Shown: in pieces, positions 8,096 through 16,735 of the stretch
Layout: each line of letters opens with the position of its first letter
Position numbering within the stretch: position 1 is the stretch's first letter
NCBI GenBank assembly: GCA_023264145.1
Contig: JALQTA010000002.1
Span: 1 to 38,024 of the forward strand
DNA from: Minisyncoccota bacterium
Lineage (GTDB): Bacteria; Patescibacteriota; Minisyncoccia; SW-4-49-11
Direction: 5' to 3'
DNA length: 38,024 nucleotides
Program-made: the position numbers and the translations under genes
Notes under the pieces: model-generated
What the model saw: the letters and a program-made list of their open reading frames with translations, nothing else
The model's database searches: none
What the model was told of the DNA's origin: nothing

Positions 8096-9925
8096 CTATT
8101 GTCTTAATGTATCTACTAATTGTACAATAGCTTCTGTATTAATTTGCTCAAACTCCAATAACTCTTGTGGTAGTCCGCTACGAGGCATTTGATGTACCGT
8201 TAATGCCCGAATTGGAGTTAAGACATCTTCGAGCTCTGTCCTAATAGCTTCAGAAATACCTCCCGCCACATGATTATCTTCCACAACAATAATGCCTTTT
8301 GTTTCACGAGCGGCTAAATGTAGAGTAGCTGTATCAAGAGGATTTACACTATATAGATCTATCACTCTCACTCTTATCCCTCTTGCTTCTAGTATATCAT
8401 ATGCTTTAAGACATTCATATAAAGTTATCCCAGCTCCAATTAAGGTAATCTCATCCATTTCACTCGTACGCAATGTTTTACTTCCCCCTACCACAAATGT
8501 TTCTGTAGCTGGATATATAATAGGTAATGCTTCACGGGTAAGCCTCACATAACTGAGGCCATCATATAAATACGCTTGCTCTGTTAATTTAAGAGCAGAT
8601 ATTGCGTCCCCCGGATAAAGAATAGCCGTCCCAAATAAGCCTCTAAAAAATCCAATATCATTTAACGCCATTTGAGAGGGGCCATCAGCCCCAATAGAGA
8701 CTCCGGCATGAGTCCCCACTATCACCATATTAGGATTATTATACTGCAACATACGGATTTGATCATAAGCACGTGTCAAAAATCCTGCAAATGAACATGC
8801 TATAGGTTTTTTCCCTGCCAATGATAATCCAGTTCCCACACTAATCATATTCTGCTCAGCAATGAACATTTCAAGAAATCTTTCAGGGTCAGCATGATTA
8901 GCATAGGTAGAATTACTTACCTCAGCATCTAAAACAATAATATCATTATAATTTCTCGTTAATAAAGAGAGTGCATCACCAAAGGCTTTTCTTGGAGATA
9001 TCAAAGAATCTTCATCATATTGAGGGTAGTCAATACTACTCATTGATGGAGGTATATAATGATATTCTGATTGCTGTTGGGGTACGGGGATATCAGCTCG
9101 AACTGATAAATCAAGCTCTCCTAATTCAGGGATATATTGACTAAATTGCTCTTGACTTAATGCTTTCCCATGCCAATTATCTTGTCCTTCGATTAAGGAT
9201 ATACCTTTACCTTTAACAGTTTTTGCTAAAATAGCAGTTGGCTTTAATGAACTTTTCACCTGCCTCAATGCTTCCATTATTTCTTCAATATTATGGCCAT
9301 CAACCATAATAACATTCCAACCAAAAGCCTCTAAACGATTTTTATATACCTCTATATTATGTCCCACCATCGTCTCTCCCCTCTGCCCCAATCTATTAAT
9401 ATCGATTAAGGCAACTAAGTTATGTATCTGATAATATGCTGCGCTTTCTATACTTTCCCATACTGAACCTTCCGCCATTTCACTATCCCCCATTAATACA
9501 TAGGTATAGCTATCTGTTTTATCAAATAACTTAGCATTCATAGCATACCCAAGACCTATTCCTAACCCTTGTCCAAGTGAACCTGTAGCTGCATCAGTAA
9601 AAATTGACCGCATACTAGGATGCCCTTCTAATACACTATCAAAATTCCTCAAATCTTGTATTTCTTCTGGACTAATCATATGAGCCAAAAGCCATACACT
9701 ATATAATAACGGTGCTGCATGACCTTTTGACAAAATAAATCTATCATTATAAAGACTATGCGTATTATGAATATCATAATGAAATTCACCACCAAAAAAT
9801 AATGATACTACAAGTTCTGCCGCTGATAGCGATGAACTTGGATGCCCTGATCCTGCTTGAGTGGTTGAATATACACTCCAGTATCGGGCAAGTTGAGCTA
9901 ATTGTATTAATCGTGAAGTCTCCAT
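8096..9925 (-). CDS. tkt: transketolase
   Basis: 609 aa. GHPSSSLSAAE, GDSEMAEGSVWE (TPP-binding) and the C-terminal transketolase domain pattern are present. Confidence 0.93.
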   Translation of the reverse strand: METSRLIQLAQLARYWSVYSTTQAGSGHPSSSLSAAELVVSLFFGGEFHYDIHNTHSLYNDRFILSKGHAAPLLYSVWLLAHMISPEEIQDLRNFDSVLEGHPSMRSIFTDAATGSLGQGLGIGLGYAMNAKLFDKTDSYTYVLMGDSEMAEGSVWESIESAAYYQIHNLVALIDINRLGQRGETMVGHNIEVYKNRLEAFGWNVIMVDGHNIEEIMEALRQVKSSLKPTAILAKTVKGKGISLIEGQDNWHGKALSQEQFSQYIPELGELDLSVRADIPVPQQQSEYHYIPPSMSSIDYPQYDEDSLISPRKAFGDALSLLTRNYNDIIVLDAEVSNSTYANHADPERFLEMFIAEQNMISVGTGLSLAGKKPIACSFAGFLTRAYDQIRMLQYNNPNMVIVGTHAGVSIGADGPSQMALNDIGFFRGLFGTAILYPGDAISALKLTEQAYLYDGLSYVRLTREALPIIYPATETFVVGGSKTLRTSEMDEITLIGAGITLYECLKAYDILEARGIRVRVIDLYSVNPLDTATLHLAARETKGIIVVEDNHVAGGISEAIRTELEDVLTPIRALTVHQMPRSGLPQELLEFEQINTEAIVQLVDTLRQ

Positions 9926-9926
9926 A

Positions 9927-10385
9927 TTATAAAGAGTTATTTTCCATTGCTGTTATCTTTGATATTCTCCGAATATGCCGTTCTTCATATGATGGCTCTG
10001 TTTCAATAAAAGCAACGACTATATCGAGTAAATCTGCAGGATCATTCTCTGCTGATAAAGCCAATACATTAAGATGATTATGATTACGAGCCACCTTTAC
10101 CGTATCGAGAGAATTCAATACAGCCGATCTAATACCAGGAACTTTATTTGCAACAATACTTACCCCTACTCCCGTTCCACAAATAACAATACCAAGAGAT
10201 TTAGTATTATTCGCAACCTGTTGTGCCACTGCTGTCGCATAATCTGGATAATCATCAGTTTGATCATAGACACTGTTCCCACAATCAACAACATCTTTTC
10301 CTTGTGACCGTAAAAAAGAAATAATATGCTGCTTTAATTCAAATCCCCTATGATCAGATCCTATATATATTGTTGATATATTCAT
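9927..10385 (-). CDS. rpiB: ribose-5-phosphate isomerase B
   Basis: 152 aa. IYIGSDHRGFELK and CGTGVGVSIVANKVPGIRSA are RpiB/LacAB hallmarks. Confidence 0.92.
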   Translation of the reverse strand: MNISTIYIGSDHRGFELKQHIISFLRSQGKDVVDCGNSVYDQTDDYPDYATAVAQQVANNTKSLGIVICGTGVGVSIVANKVPGIRSAVLNSLDTVKVARNHNHLNVLALSAENDPADLLDIVVAFIETEPSYEERHIRRISKITAMENNSL

Positions 10386-10395
10386 ATGTATACTA

Positions 10396-10992
10396 TTATT
10401 TTTGTAATAATTTTAAGGCCATTCTAATTTGCTCTGAAACCTCTAAGCTTGCATCTAATTGAGGAATTACCCTCTGAATCTGAATTGATTTATACCCTAA
10501 AGATTCTAATGCATCCCATACATCTTGAGTAATATGATATTCTTGTCTATCAACTACCGCATCATCTATTGATCCCATTTGGGATATAGCCACACCTAAT
10601 TTATCTCTTAATTCTAAAATAATTCTTTCTGCTGTTTTTTTGCCAATTCCAGAAGCTTGATTCAGTACATTAACTCGCTCTTGTTGTATAGAGTGAATTA
10701 ATGCCTCTGGTCTATCTAAATCTAAAATAGATAAAGCACTTTTACACCCCACCCCATTTACGGATATTAATTGCTTAAATAATTCATAAGACATCATATC
10801 CAAAAATCCAAATAATGTTAAGCTATCTTCTTTTACATCTAAATACGTAATCAGTGAAACTTCATCTCCCACTCCCCCTAATGAGCTCAGTGTGATACTG
10901 TTTACTAATACCATATATCCAACACCACCTACCGCAACAATGATAGTATGATCTTTTTTATATTGAATAGTACCCGACAAACTTGCAATCAT
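10396..10992 (-). CDS. ruvA: Holliday junction branch-migration complex subunit RuvA
   Basis: 198 aa. MIASLSGTI... start, HhH motifs (VNGVGCKSALSIL, ASGIGKKTAERIILEL) and a C-terminal domain III. Confidence 0.9.
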   Translation of the reverse strand: MIASLSGTIQYKKDHTIIVAVGGVGYMVLVNSITLSSLGGVGDEVSLITYLDVKEDSLTLFGFLDMMSYELFKQLISVNGVGCKSALSILDLDRPEALIHSIQQERVNVLNQASGIGKKTAERIILELRDKLGVAISQMGSIDDAVVDRQEYHITQDVWDALESLGYKSIQIQRVIPQLDASLEVSEQIRMALKLLQK

Positions 10993-11015
10993 ACATTATA
11001 TTATTTCATACCTTT

Positions 11016-11024
11016 ATTATATCA
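11016..11024 (-). promoter_or_regulatory. extended -10 element TGATATAAT upstream of ruvA-rpiB-tkt-ABC-pilin operon
   Basis: Plus-strand ATTATATCA within the conserved block TTATTATATCATAT, 23 nt upstream of the ruvA ATG. Confidence 0.5.
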
Positions 11025-11030
11025 TATATA

Positions 11031-11059
11031 TTGAGAAAAATTGTATTTAATGCTACACT
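11031..11059 (+). promoter_or_regulatory. candidate sigma70-type promoter for peroxiredoxin gene (TTGAGA-17 nt-TGcTACACT)
   Basis: -35 TTGAGA at 11031-11036. 17-nt spacer ending in TGc. -10 TACACT at 11054-11059. It lies inside the TTG-started long ORF version, which argues for the ATG at 11104. Confidence 0.4.
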
Positions 11060-11103
11060 ATATACGGTATCATATACCAAATTATTCAATAAATACTATC
11101 ATT

Positions 11104-11625
11104 ATGATCAAAGTAGGACAACCAGCTCCTGATTTTACTCTTCAAGGGTATCAGGACGGAAAATTTGCAGAATACTCTCTATCCAAAATTACTGAAACAG
11201 GAAAATGGGTAGTATTATTCTTTTATCCATTAGACTTCACCTTTGTATGTCCAACTGAGATTACTGGATTCAACAAACATATTGAAGAATTCAATAAGCT
11301 TGGGGCCCAAGTACTTGGAGCTAGCGTAGACAGTGTCCACTCACATAAAGCATGGGTAGAAAAAGATTTAGGAAAACTCGAATTTCCTCTCTTATCCGAC
11401 TTCAGAAAAGAAACAGCTGATGCCTATAATATCTTAGTAGATAATGACGGAGGAGTAGCCTTACGAGGAACCTTTATTATTGATCCTCTTGGAATATTAC
11501 GATACTCTGTTGTGTCTGACCTTAATGTAGGACGAAGTATTGAAGAAACTGTTCGAGTATTATCTGCCCTTAAGAATGGAGGTCTTTGTCCCGTAGAATG
11601 GGAAGAAGGACAAGACACTCTCTAG
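11104..11625 (+). CDS. ahpC: typical 2-Cys peroxiredoxin (AhpC/Prx1 family)
   Basis: MIKVGQPAPDF start. Peroxidatic Cys in FTFVCPTEI and resolving Cys in GLCPVEW. The track ORF begins at TTG 11041; the internal ATG at 11104 fits family N-termini. Confidence 0.9.
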   Translation: MIKVGQPAPDFTLQGYQDGKFAEYSLSKITETGKWVVLFFYPLDFTFVCPTEITGFNKHIEEFNKLGAQVLGASVDSVHSHKAWVEKDLGKLEFPLLSDFRKETADAYNILVDNDGGVALRGTFIIDPLGILRYSVVSDLNVGRSIEETVRVLSALKNGGLCPVEWEEGQDTL

Positions 11626-11643
11626 TCCTCTCCTTAACTACAT

Positions 11644-11672
11644 AAAAAGAGAAGGTTTAACCTTCTCTTTTT
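11644..11672. terminator. bidirectional rho-independent terminator between convergent prx and grx-like genes
   Basis: AAAAAGAGAAGG-TTTAA-CCTTCTCTTTTT is a 12-bp stem flanked by A-run and T-run, so it is usable on both strands. Confidence 0.75.
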
Positions 11673-11708
11673 ATATTATGCACTGGGTTATACGTAATAA
11701 GTATCAAC

Positions 11709-11954
11709 CTACGCTTCAATACCCACTAATTTTGCTAATGTAGCTCGATCATATCCAATTAAGATTTGTCCATCTACATCAATAACAGGAACTCCCATTT
11801 GACCGCTTTTCTCTACCAATTCATTTCTCTTTTCAGCATCGGCAGCAACATTATAATCAGTGAATGGAACATTATTCTCTGCTAAGAATTCTTTTGCTTG
11901 CTTACAAAACCCACAGGTTGGAGTTGAGTAAATCTGTATATTTGGAGTACTCAT
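11709..11954 (-). CDS. glutaredoxin-like (NrdH/YruB-type) small thioredoxin-fold protein
   Basis: 81 aa. IQIYSTPTCGFCKQAKEFL is a CxxC motif at the start of helix 1. GVPVIDVDGQ is typical of the Grx fold. Confidence 0.8.
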   Translation of the reverse strand: MSTPNIQIYSTPTCGFCKQAKEFLAENNVPFTDYNVAADAEKRNELVEKSGQMGVPVIDVDGQILIGYDRATLAKLVGIEA

Positions 11955-11988
11955 ATATCTACTTATTAATTATCTTATATACACAGAT

Positions 11989-11997
11989 ATTATATCA
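11989..11997 (-). promoter_or_regulatory. extended -10 element TGATATAAT upstream of grx-like gene
   Basis: Plus-strand ATTATATCA, 34 nt upstream of the ATG at 11954. It abuts the stop of the upstream DsbA-like gene. Confidence 0.45.
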
Positions 11998-11999
11998 TA

Positions 12000-12740
12000 T
12001 TATTTCAAAAGTTCATCAAGATATTGCTCAAAGGTTGCAATAGGAAGAGCTCCTGCAATACGAAGCCCTTGAGTTACTTTCCCATTTTCAAGCTTTCCAA
12101 TAATAAATCCTGGGGTACCCGTAATTCCATTATCATTCCCAAAGGAAATCCCCGCTTTTACTTTATCTGCAGTTTTTTCTTCTTTAAGACAAGTATCAAA
12201 TTCCGCGGTATCAAGATCCTTAATATCTTTTGCTAATTCATTCAATTGAGACTCTTCCATTCCAGCTCCTCCACTTTCTGTATTTTTGAATATTAAATCC
12301 GCATAATCAAAAAATCCTTGATTCCCTTTTTGTTCATATACACATTGGGCAGCAATTGCCTGCTTAGTTGCAAGAGGATCATGAAAATCTAATGGATAAT
12401 CTTTCCACGCAAGGATAGCCTTTCCTGATTCAACATATTGAGAAATAATATCTAAGCGAGCTCCATCATGAAATCGCTTACAAAAAGGACATTCATAATC
12501 ACTAAACTCAATAATAGCAATTTGAGCTTTATCCTTATCCCCTAGATAAGGAGTGTCTTCCGATAAATCAACGGATATATCTCGAGCCTCAACAGGATCA
12601 TTGGGATCTTGGGCTACTACTGGCTGTTGAGAATTATTTGATTGATTCGCTTGACTCCCATTATAGACAATCGCAGAAGCTATCATCATTCCTGACAATA
12701 AAATTGAAGCCACCACTAATAAAATTGATTTGTTTTCCAT
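12000..12740 (-). CDS. membrane-anchored DsbA-family thiol:disulfide oxidoreductase
   Basis: 246 aa. N-terminal TM SILLVVASILLSGMMIASAIVY. Thioredoxin-fold active site FSDYECPFCKRF. GTPGFIIG is the cis-Pro loop region. Confidence 0.85.
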   Translation of the reverse strand: MENKSILLVVASILLSGMMIASAIVYNGSQANQSNNSQQPVVAQDPNDPVEARDISVDLSEDTPYLGDKDKAQIAIIEFSDYECPFCKRFHDGARLDIISQYVESGKAILAWKDYPLDFHDPLATKQAIAAQCVYEQKGNQGFFDYADLIFKNTESGGAGMEESQLNELAKDIKDLDTAEFDTCLKEEKTADKVKAGISFGNDNGITGTPGFIIGKLENGKVTQGLRIAGALPIATFEQYLDELLK

Positions 12741-12768
12741 AGTATAGTATTATATTATTATATGATTC

Positions 12769-12777
12769 ATTATATCA
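12769..12777 (-). promoter_or_regulatory. extended -10 element TGATATAAT upstream of DsbA-like gene
   Basis: Plus-strand ATTATATCA, 28 nt upstream of the ATG at 12740. Confidence 0.45.
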
Positions 12778-12837
12778 GACTCTCTGTTTGGTAGCAATAT
12801 GAACGAGTATTCCCTTTAATATATTTACAAAAAAACT

Positions 12838-13779
12838 ATGATTTACGATACCATCATTATTGGCGGTGGACCTACTGGAACAGCTGCTTCTGTCTACGCT
12901 GCCCGTAAACAACTCAAAGCACTTTTGATTACCGATAGCTTTGGAGGACAATCTGTTGTATCTAATGATATTGATAATTGGATTGGAGATATTAGAATTT
13001 CTGGTTTTGATTTAGCTCAAAAATTTGAAGCGCATATCAAGGCACAGCCTGGACTTGAAACTCTTATTGATAAAGTATCTGCCATCAATAGAAGCCAAGA
13101 AACTCCTTATCCCCTTTATGAAATTACTACCGAGGGAGGAAAAACATTCCAAACAAAAACCCTTATTCTGGGAATGGGAGCTCATAGAAGAAAACTCAAT
13201 ATTCCTGGAGAACAAGAATTTTCTGCAAAAGGAGTAGCTTATTGTGCCACGTGTGATGCTCCATTTTTTGGAGATAAAAAAGTGGCTGTTGTTGGAGGAG
13301 GGAATGCAGGTCTTGAAAGCGCATTAGACTTACTCGCTTATGCTAGTGAAGTATATCTTTTTAATCGCACAGACACTCTCAAAGGAGATCCTGGTACTGC
13401 TGAGAAAATACAAGCCCATCCTAAATTTAAAGGAATCTTGTATAATACTATCGTTACTGAAATTACTGGTGAAACTATGATGACAGGTATCACCTATACC
13501 AATACCCAAACCCAAGAAACTCAATCTATGACTCTTGATGGATTATTTATTGAAATTGGATCTTTACCAAACTCTGATATTGTCAAACATCTCGTAGATA
13601 CCAATGAAATCGGAGAAATTATTCTTGACCATAAATATGGAACAACGTCAGCTCCTGGTATTTTTGCTGCGGGAGATATTACCGACGAGGCTTATAAACA
13701 AAACAATATCTCAGCGGGAGATGCCGTTAAGGCTGCCTTATCAGCATATAGTTATGTTCATAAATTAGAAGAGAATTAA
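12838..13779 (+). CDS. trxB: thioredoxin-disulfide reductase
   Basis: 313 aa. FAD motif IIGGGPTGTAA, redox centre CATCDAPFF, NADPH motif VVGGGNAGLESA, C-terminal GIFAAGD. Confidence 0.92.
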   Translation: MIYDTIIIGGGPTGTAASVYAARKQLKALLITDSFGGQSVVSNDIDNWIGDIRISGFDLAQKFEAHIKAQPGLETLIDKVSAINRSQETPYPLYEITTEGGKTFQTKTLILGMGAHRRKLNIPGEQEFSAKGVAYCATCDAPFFGDKKVAVVGGGNAGLESALDLLAYASEVYLFNRTDTLKGDPGTAEKIQAHPKFKGILYNTIVTEITGETMMTGITYTNTQTQETQSMTLDGLFIEIGSLPNSDIVKHLVDTNEIGEIILDHKYGTTSAPGIFAAGDITDEAYKQNNISAGDAVKAALSAYSYVHKLEEN

Positions 13780-13790
13780 TAAAAAGAGAT

Positions 13791-13816
13791 GCCTCGCCAC
13801 AATGTTGTGACGAGGC
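13791..13816. terminator. hairpin terminator between convergent trxB and the 103-aa ORF
   Basis: GCCTCGcCACA-ATGT-TGTGaCGAGGC has 10 bp and one mismatch. On the minus strand it is followed by ATCTCTTTTTATT. Confidence 0.6.
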
Positions 13817-13825
13817 TAAAGGAGG

Positions 13826-14137
13826 TTAAACTTCTGTTGACTCATTGGGATTAATGATGTCAGCAAATTCTTTAAGTGCAAGCTGAGAAATAATTGATTC
13901 AAGGATATGAATAGTAATGTCATTAGCATGTTTTTTACTCATACCTTCTTTTCTAAAAGAATGATACATCTGCTCCTTCAATATTCGAATTGATGCTTCC
14001 CAATCACGAACTCGCAGTTCACGGCGAAGAAAAAAGCTATGAAACTGTGATTGTAAAGCCAATGTTCCTCGCTCTACAATTTCCTGTTCTCTTTCTCGAG
14101 TTAAGAATCCAAACTGAGTCTGAGCCATGCTAATCAC
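13826..14137 (-). CDS. hypothetical all-helical small protein (103 aa from GTG; 100 aa if the ATG at 14128 is used)
   Basis: The ORF is bracketed by its own near-consensus promoter and a terminator. GGTGA lies 5 nt before the ATG at 14128. No family recognised. Confidence 0.6.
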   Translation of the reverse strand: MISMAQTQFGFLTREREQEIVERGTLALQSQFHSFFLRRELRVRDWEASIRILKEQMYHSFRKEGMSKKHANDITIHILESIISQLALKEFADIINPNESTEV

Positions 14138-14177
14138 CAGGTAATGGGACTACATGCCATCAGCAGCATGTACTTAT

Positions 14178-14205
14178 AGTATACCGAGTATTAATCTATT
14201 GTCAA
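14178..14205 (-). promoter_or_regulatory. near-consensus sigma70 promoter TTGACA-16 nt-TATACT for the 103-aa ORF
   Basis: Minus strand: TTGACA (14205-14200), 16-nt spacer, TATACT (14183-14178). The predicted 5' UTR contains the hairpin TACATGC-N8-GCATGTA. Confidence 0.6.
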
Positions 14206-14211
14206 AATATA

Positions 14212-14769
14212 TCAACTATTTATAAAGTTTTGAAATACTTGAGTTTTTTCTAATAATCGTAATTCTTCACGACACCATTCGGAAAAAGTCTTCTCATCAG
14301 CAAAAGCTTCTTTCACAAATTTTTCCCAAGAGAGCCAGCGATAAGCTTCTAATTCCTCTGGATGAGGAATAATTTCATCTGAACTAATACCAAAATAAAT
14401 GGGACATATTTCATTTTCCACTACTCCATCCCTCTCAAATCGATAGCGATAATCACTCGCTTTTACTAATATATTAAAGTTCTGAACACCGAGTTCATAA
14501 TAAGCTCTTCTTCTCACTGCATCAATTGTTTCTTCATATAATTCAGGATGTCCACAACAACTATTAGACCACACCAGCGGCCAAGTTTTCTTCCCCCTCC
14601 AACGCTGTTGAATCAGAAATTTTTTATCAGAAGGTCTGAATAAAAATAAAGAAAAGGCCCGATGAAGCGGGGTATTCTGGGTATGTACCTCAGATTTAGG
14701 AGATACTCCTATTACTTCATCGAGCTCTGTAACTAATACAACATGTTCAAAATCGGGTTTTTGTATCAT
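14212..14769 (-). CDS. idi: isopentenyl-diphosphate delta-isomerase, type 1 (Nudix fold)
   Basis: 185 aa. HRAFSLFLF, WPLVWSNSCCGHP (catalytic Cys) and the VENEICPIY pattern are present. Confidence 0.85.
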   Translation of the reverse strand: MIQKPDFEHVVLVTELDEVIGVSPKSEVHTQNTPLHRAFSLFLFRPSDKKFLIQQRWRGKKTWPLVWSNSCCGHPELYEETIDAVRRRAYYELGVQNFNILVKASDYRYRFERDGVVENEICPIYFGISSDEIIPHPEELEAYRWLSWEKFVKEAFADEKTFSEWCREELRLLEKTQVFQNFINS

Positions 14770-15426
14770 TTATTTTTTTAATTCAGCATCAATTAATGTC
14801 TTGAATTCATCCAGGCTTTGTGGATTCTTGATAATCACCCCATTCAAAATAAAGGTTGGGGTTGAATTAATACCAAGAGCAACTCCTGATTGATAATCTT
14901 TTTCTACTCGTTCTTTAGAGTCATCATCAGATTTCATATCTTCTTCAAACTCAGCAACATCTAATCCGAGTCCTTGAGCATAAGCACTAAAGAATCCTCG
15001 TGGATCTTTTTCTTCAGCCCACTCAGATTGTTTTTCAAATAATACATCTTTCATTTCCCAAAATTTTCCTTCCTCCCCAGCAGATTCAGCAGCTTGAGCT
15101 GCAAGATCAGCATTCGGATGAATACTTCGTAACGGGAAATGCCTAAATACAAATTTCAATTCCTCTGCCGTATATGATTCTCTCAACTGCTTAATAATAG
15201 GTTCATATGATTTACATGCTGGACATTGGAAATCACTATATTCAATTAAGGTTACTTTGGCATCACTATTTCCTAAAAAAGTGTCTTCTTCCGTCACTTC
15301 GACATTCACTTCTCGAGTACCACTATTCTGACTATTAAGCCCCCATATTACTGCCCCAATTACTACCAAAATGGTTACAATAACAATTCCTTTACCGATA
15401 AAATTATTTTCTGTTACATCACTCAT
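14770..15426 (-). CDS. membrane-anchored DsbA-family thiol:disulfide oxidoreductase (second paralogue)
   Basis: 218 aa. TM GIVIVTILVVIGAVIWGL. Active site YSDFQCPACKSY. STPTFILNG cis-Pro region. Its stop abuts the idi start. Confidence 0.85.
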   Translation of the reverse strand: MSDVTENNFIGKGIVIVTILVVIGAVIWGLNSQNSGTREVNVEVTEEDTFLGNSDAKVTLIEYSDFQCPACKSYEPIIKQLRESYTAEELKFVFRHFPLRSIHPNADLAAQAAESAGEEGKFWEMKDVLFEKQSEWAEEKDPRGFFSAYAQGLGLDVAEFEEDMKSDDDSKERVEKDYQSGVALGINSTPTFILNGVIIKNPQSLDEFKTLIDAELKK

Positions 15427-15458
15427 ATCTATATCTTAATCTTTATACTTCCTTTTTT

Positions 15459-15467
15459 ATTATATCA
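15459..15467 (-). promoter_or_regulatory. extended -10 element TGATATAAT upstream of DsbA2-idi
   Basis: Plus-strand ATTATATCA in the block TTATTATATCATAT, 32 nt upstream of the ATG at 15426. Confidence 0.45.
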
Positions 15468-15482
15468 TATTCTTTGAGAGCA

Positions 15483-16724
15483 TCAATGACTATGCCCATG
15501 TACATGGATATGTTCTTTACCATCATCTTTACGTGGTTTATGCTTATAGGTAGAAAACACCTTTGCTGCAATCAAACTCGTAATAGGGACCGCTAGAACA
15601 ATGGCAATACTTCCCGCAATTGTTCTTACTAATTCTTGTGCAATAAATTCTGAATTAAGAGTAACCCATAGAGGGACATTGGCACTATTCATATAGATAA
15701 GAAGGAAGAATGGTAAACTTGATCCTACGTAGGCTAATGCTAAGGTATTTACCAAAGACGCAATATGATCTCTTCCTACTGACATTCCTGCACGATATAA
15801 TTGTTTAAATGTTGCCTTAGAATTAGCCCGTTTAATTTCATCAATAGTTCCTGCTTGTGCTACCGTTACATCATCTAATACTCCCAACATACCTATCATA
15901 ATACCTGCCAATAAAATTCCTCTTAAATCAATATCTCCATCAATAACAGAAGCAAGATAAAATGTTTCTTCACTCCCTACCCCAAACATCTGGGCCCAAT
16001 ACACAAATAAAGTAGATAAAGCATAAGCTATTGCAAGAGTAATATTCATAGATACAAAGGCAATCATGGTTCTTAAGCGAAATCCATGTGAAATAAAGAG
16101 AGTCAGAACAATAATACTAAAAGTCGAAATAAAGGTAACAATCAATGGATTTTGGCCTGATAATAATGAGGGTACCAAATATCCAACCAGGATTCCAATA
16201 CTTGCAACAAGCCCAATAATAGACCCGAGACCTTGTTTTCGTGCAAAAATAATCGCTAATACTAAGAAAAATACAACCATGCCCATCAGTCCTGGCAATC
16301 TATATCTATCTTGAACATAATACTCTTCCTTGTCTCCCACTAATGTTTTTACCACTACCAAGACATCTCCTTCTTTATAAATCTGACTTTCTTGCAAATC
16401 AATTCCTCCTCCATTATTAACAACAATAATCTCATCCTTTTTTTCTTTATTAAGAATTCTTAATGTTAAAATTTGAGTCTTTTGTTCTTGTCCTAATACT
16501 TGGGAAGTATTTGTTTCAATTCCTTCTACACGAGCACGATAAAAACTATCCGGAGTAGAGTATTCCTCCCCTGTTGAATTAGGAATATTTTGAGGAACAC
16601 TACTACTCTCATCTACTAATATCTCATCCGTAATAATATCTCCCTCCTCTTGAGCATATCCCCATAATGGAACAAGACATATACTGAGCATAAGAATAAT
16701 GCTATATTTTTTGAACATCATCAT
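15483..16724 (-). CDS. YibE/F-family integral membrane protein with extracytoplasmic N-terminal domain and His-rich C-terminus
   Basis: 413 aa. Signal/TM, then a ~130-aa soluble domain, then multiple TMs with GMLGVLDDVTVAQAGTIDEI, which fits the YibE/F pattern. The tail is KEHIHVHGHSH. Confidence 0.7.
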   Translation of the reverse strand: MMMFKKYSIILMLSICLVPLWGYAQEEGDIITDEILVDESSSVPQNIPNSTGEEYSTPDSFYRARVEGIETNTSQVLGQEQKTQILTLRILNKEKKDEIIVVNNGGGIDLQESQIYKEGDVLVVVKTLVGDKEEYYVQDRYRLPGLMGMVVFFLVLAIIFARKQGLGSIIGLVASIGILVGYLVPSLLSGQNPLIVTFISTFSIIVLTLFISHGFRLRTMIAFVSMNITLAIAYALSTLFVYWAQMFGVGSEETFYLASVIDGDIDLRGILLAGIMIGMLGVLDDVTVAQAGTIDEIKRANSKATFKQLYRAGMSVGRDHIASLVNTLALAYVGSSLPFFLLIYMNSANVPLWVTLNSEFIAQELVRTIAGSIAIVLAVPITSLIAAKVFSTYKHKPRKDDGKEHIHVHGHSH

Positions 16725-16735
16725 ATACTATGTGT

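Noticed and set aside
11041-11103. TTG-initiated 21-codon N-terminal extension of the peroxiredoxin ORF, as given in the track.
   Set aside because: The extension (MYLMLHYIRYHIPNYSINTII) has no counterpart in the Prx family and contains the predicted promoter. MIKVGQPAPDF at ATG 11104 is the family-typical N-terminus.
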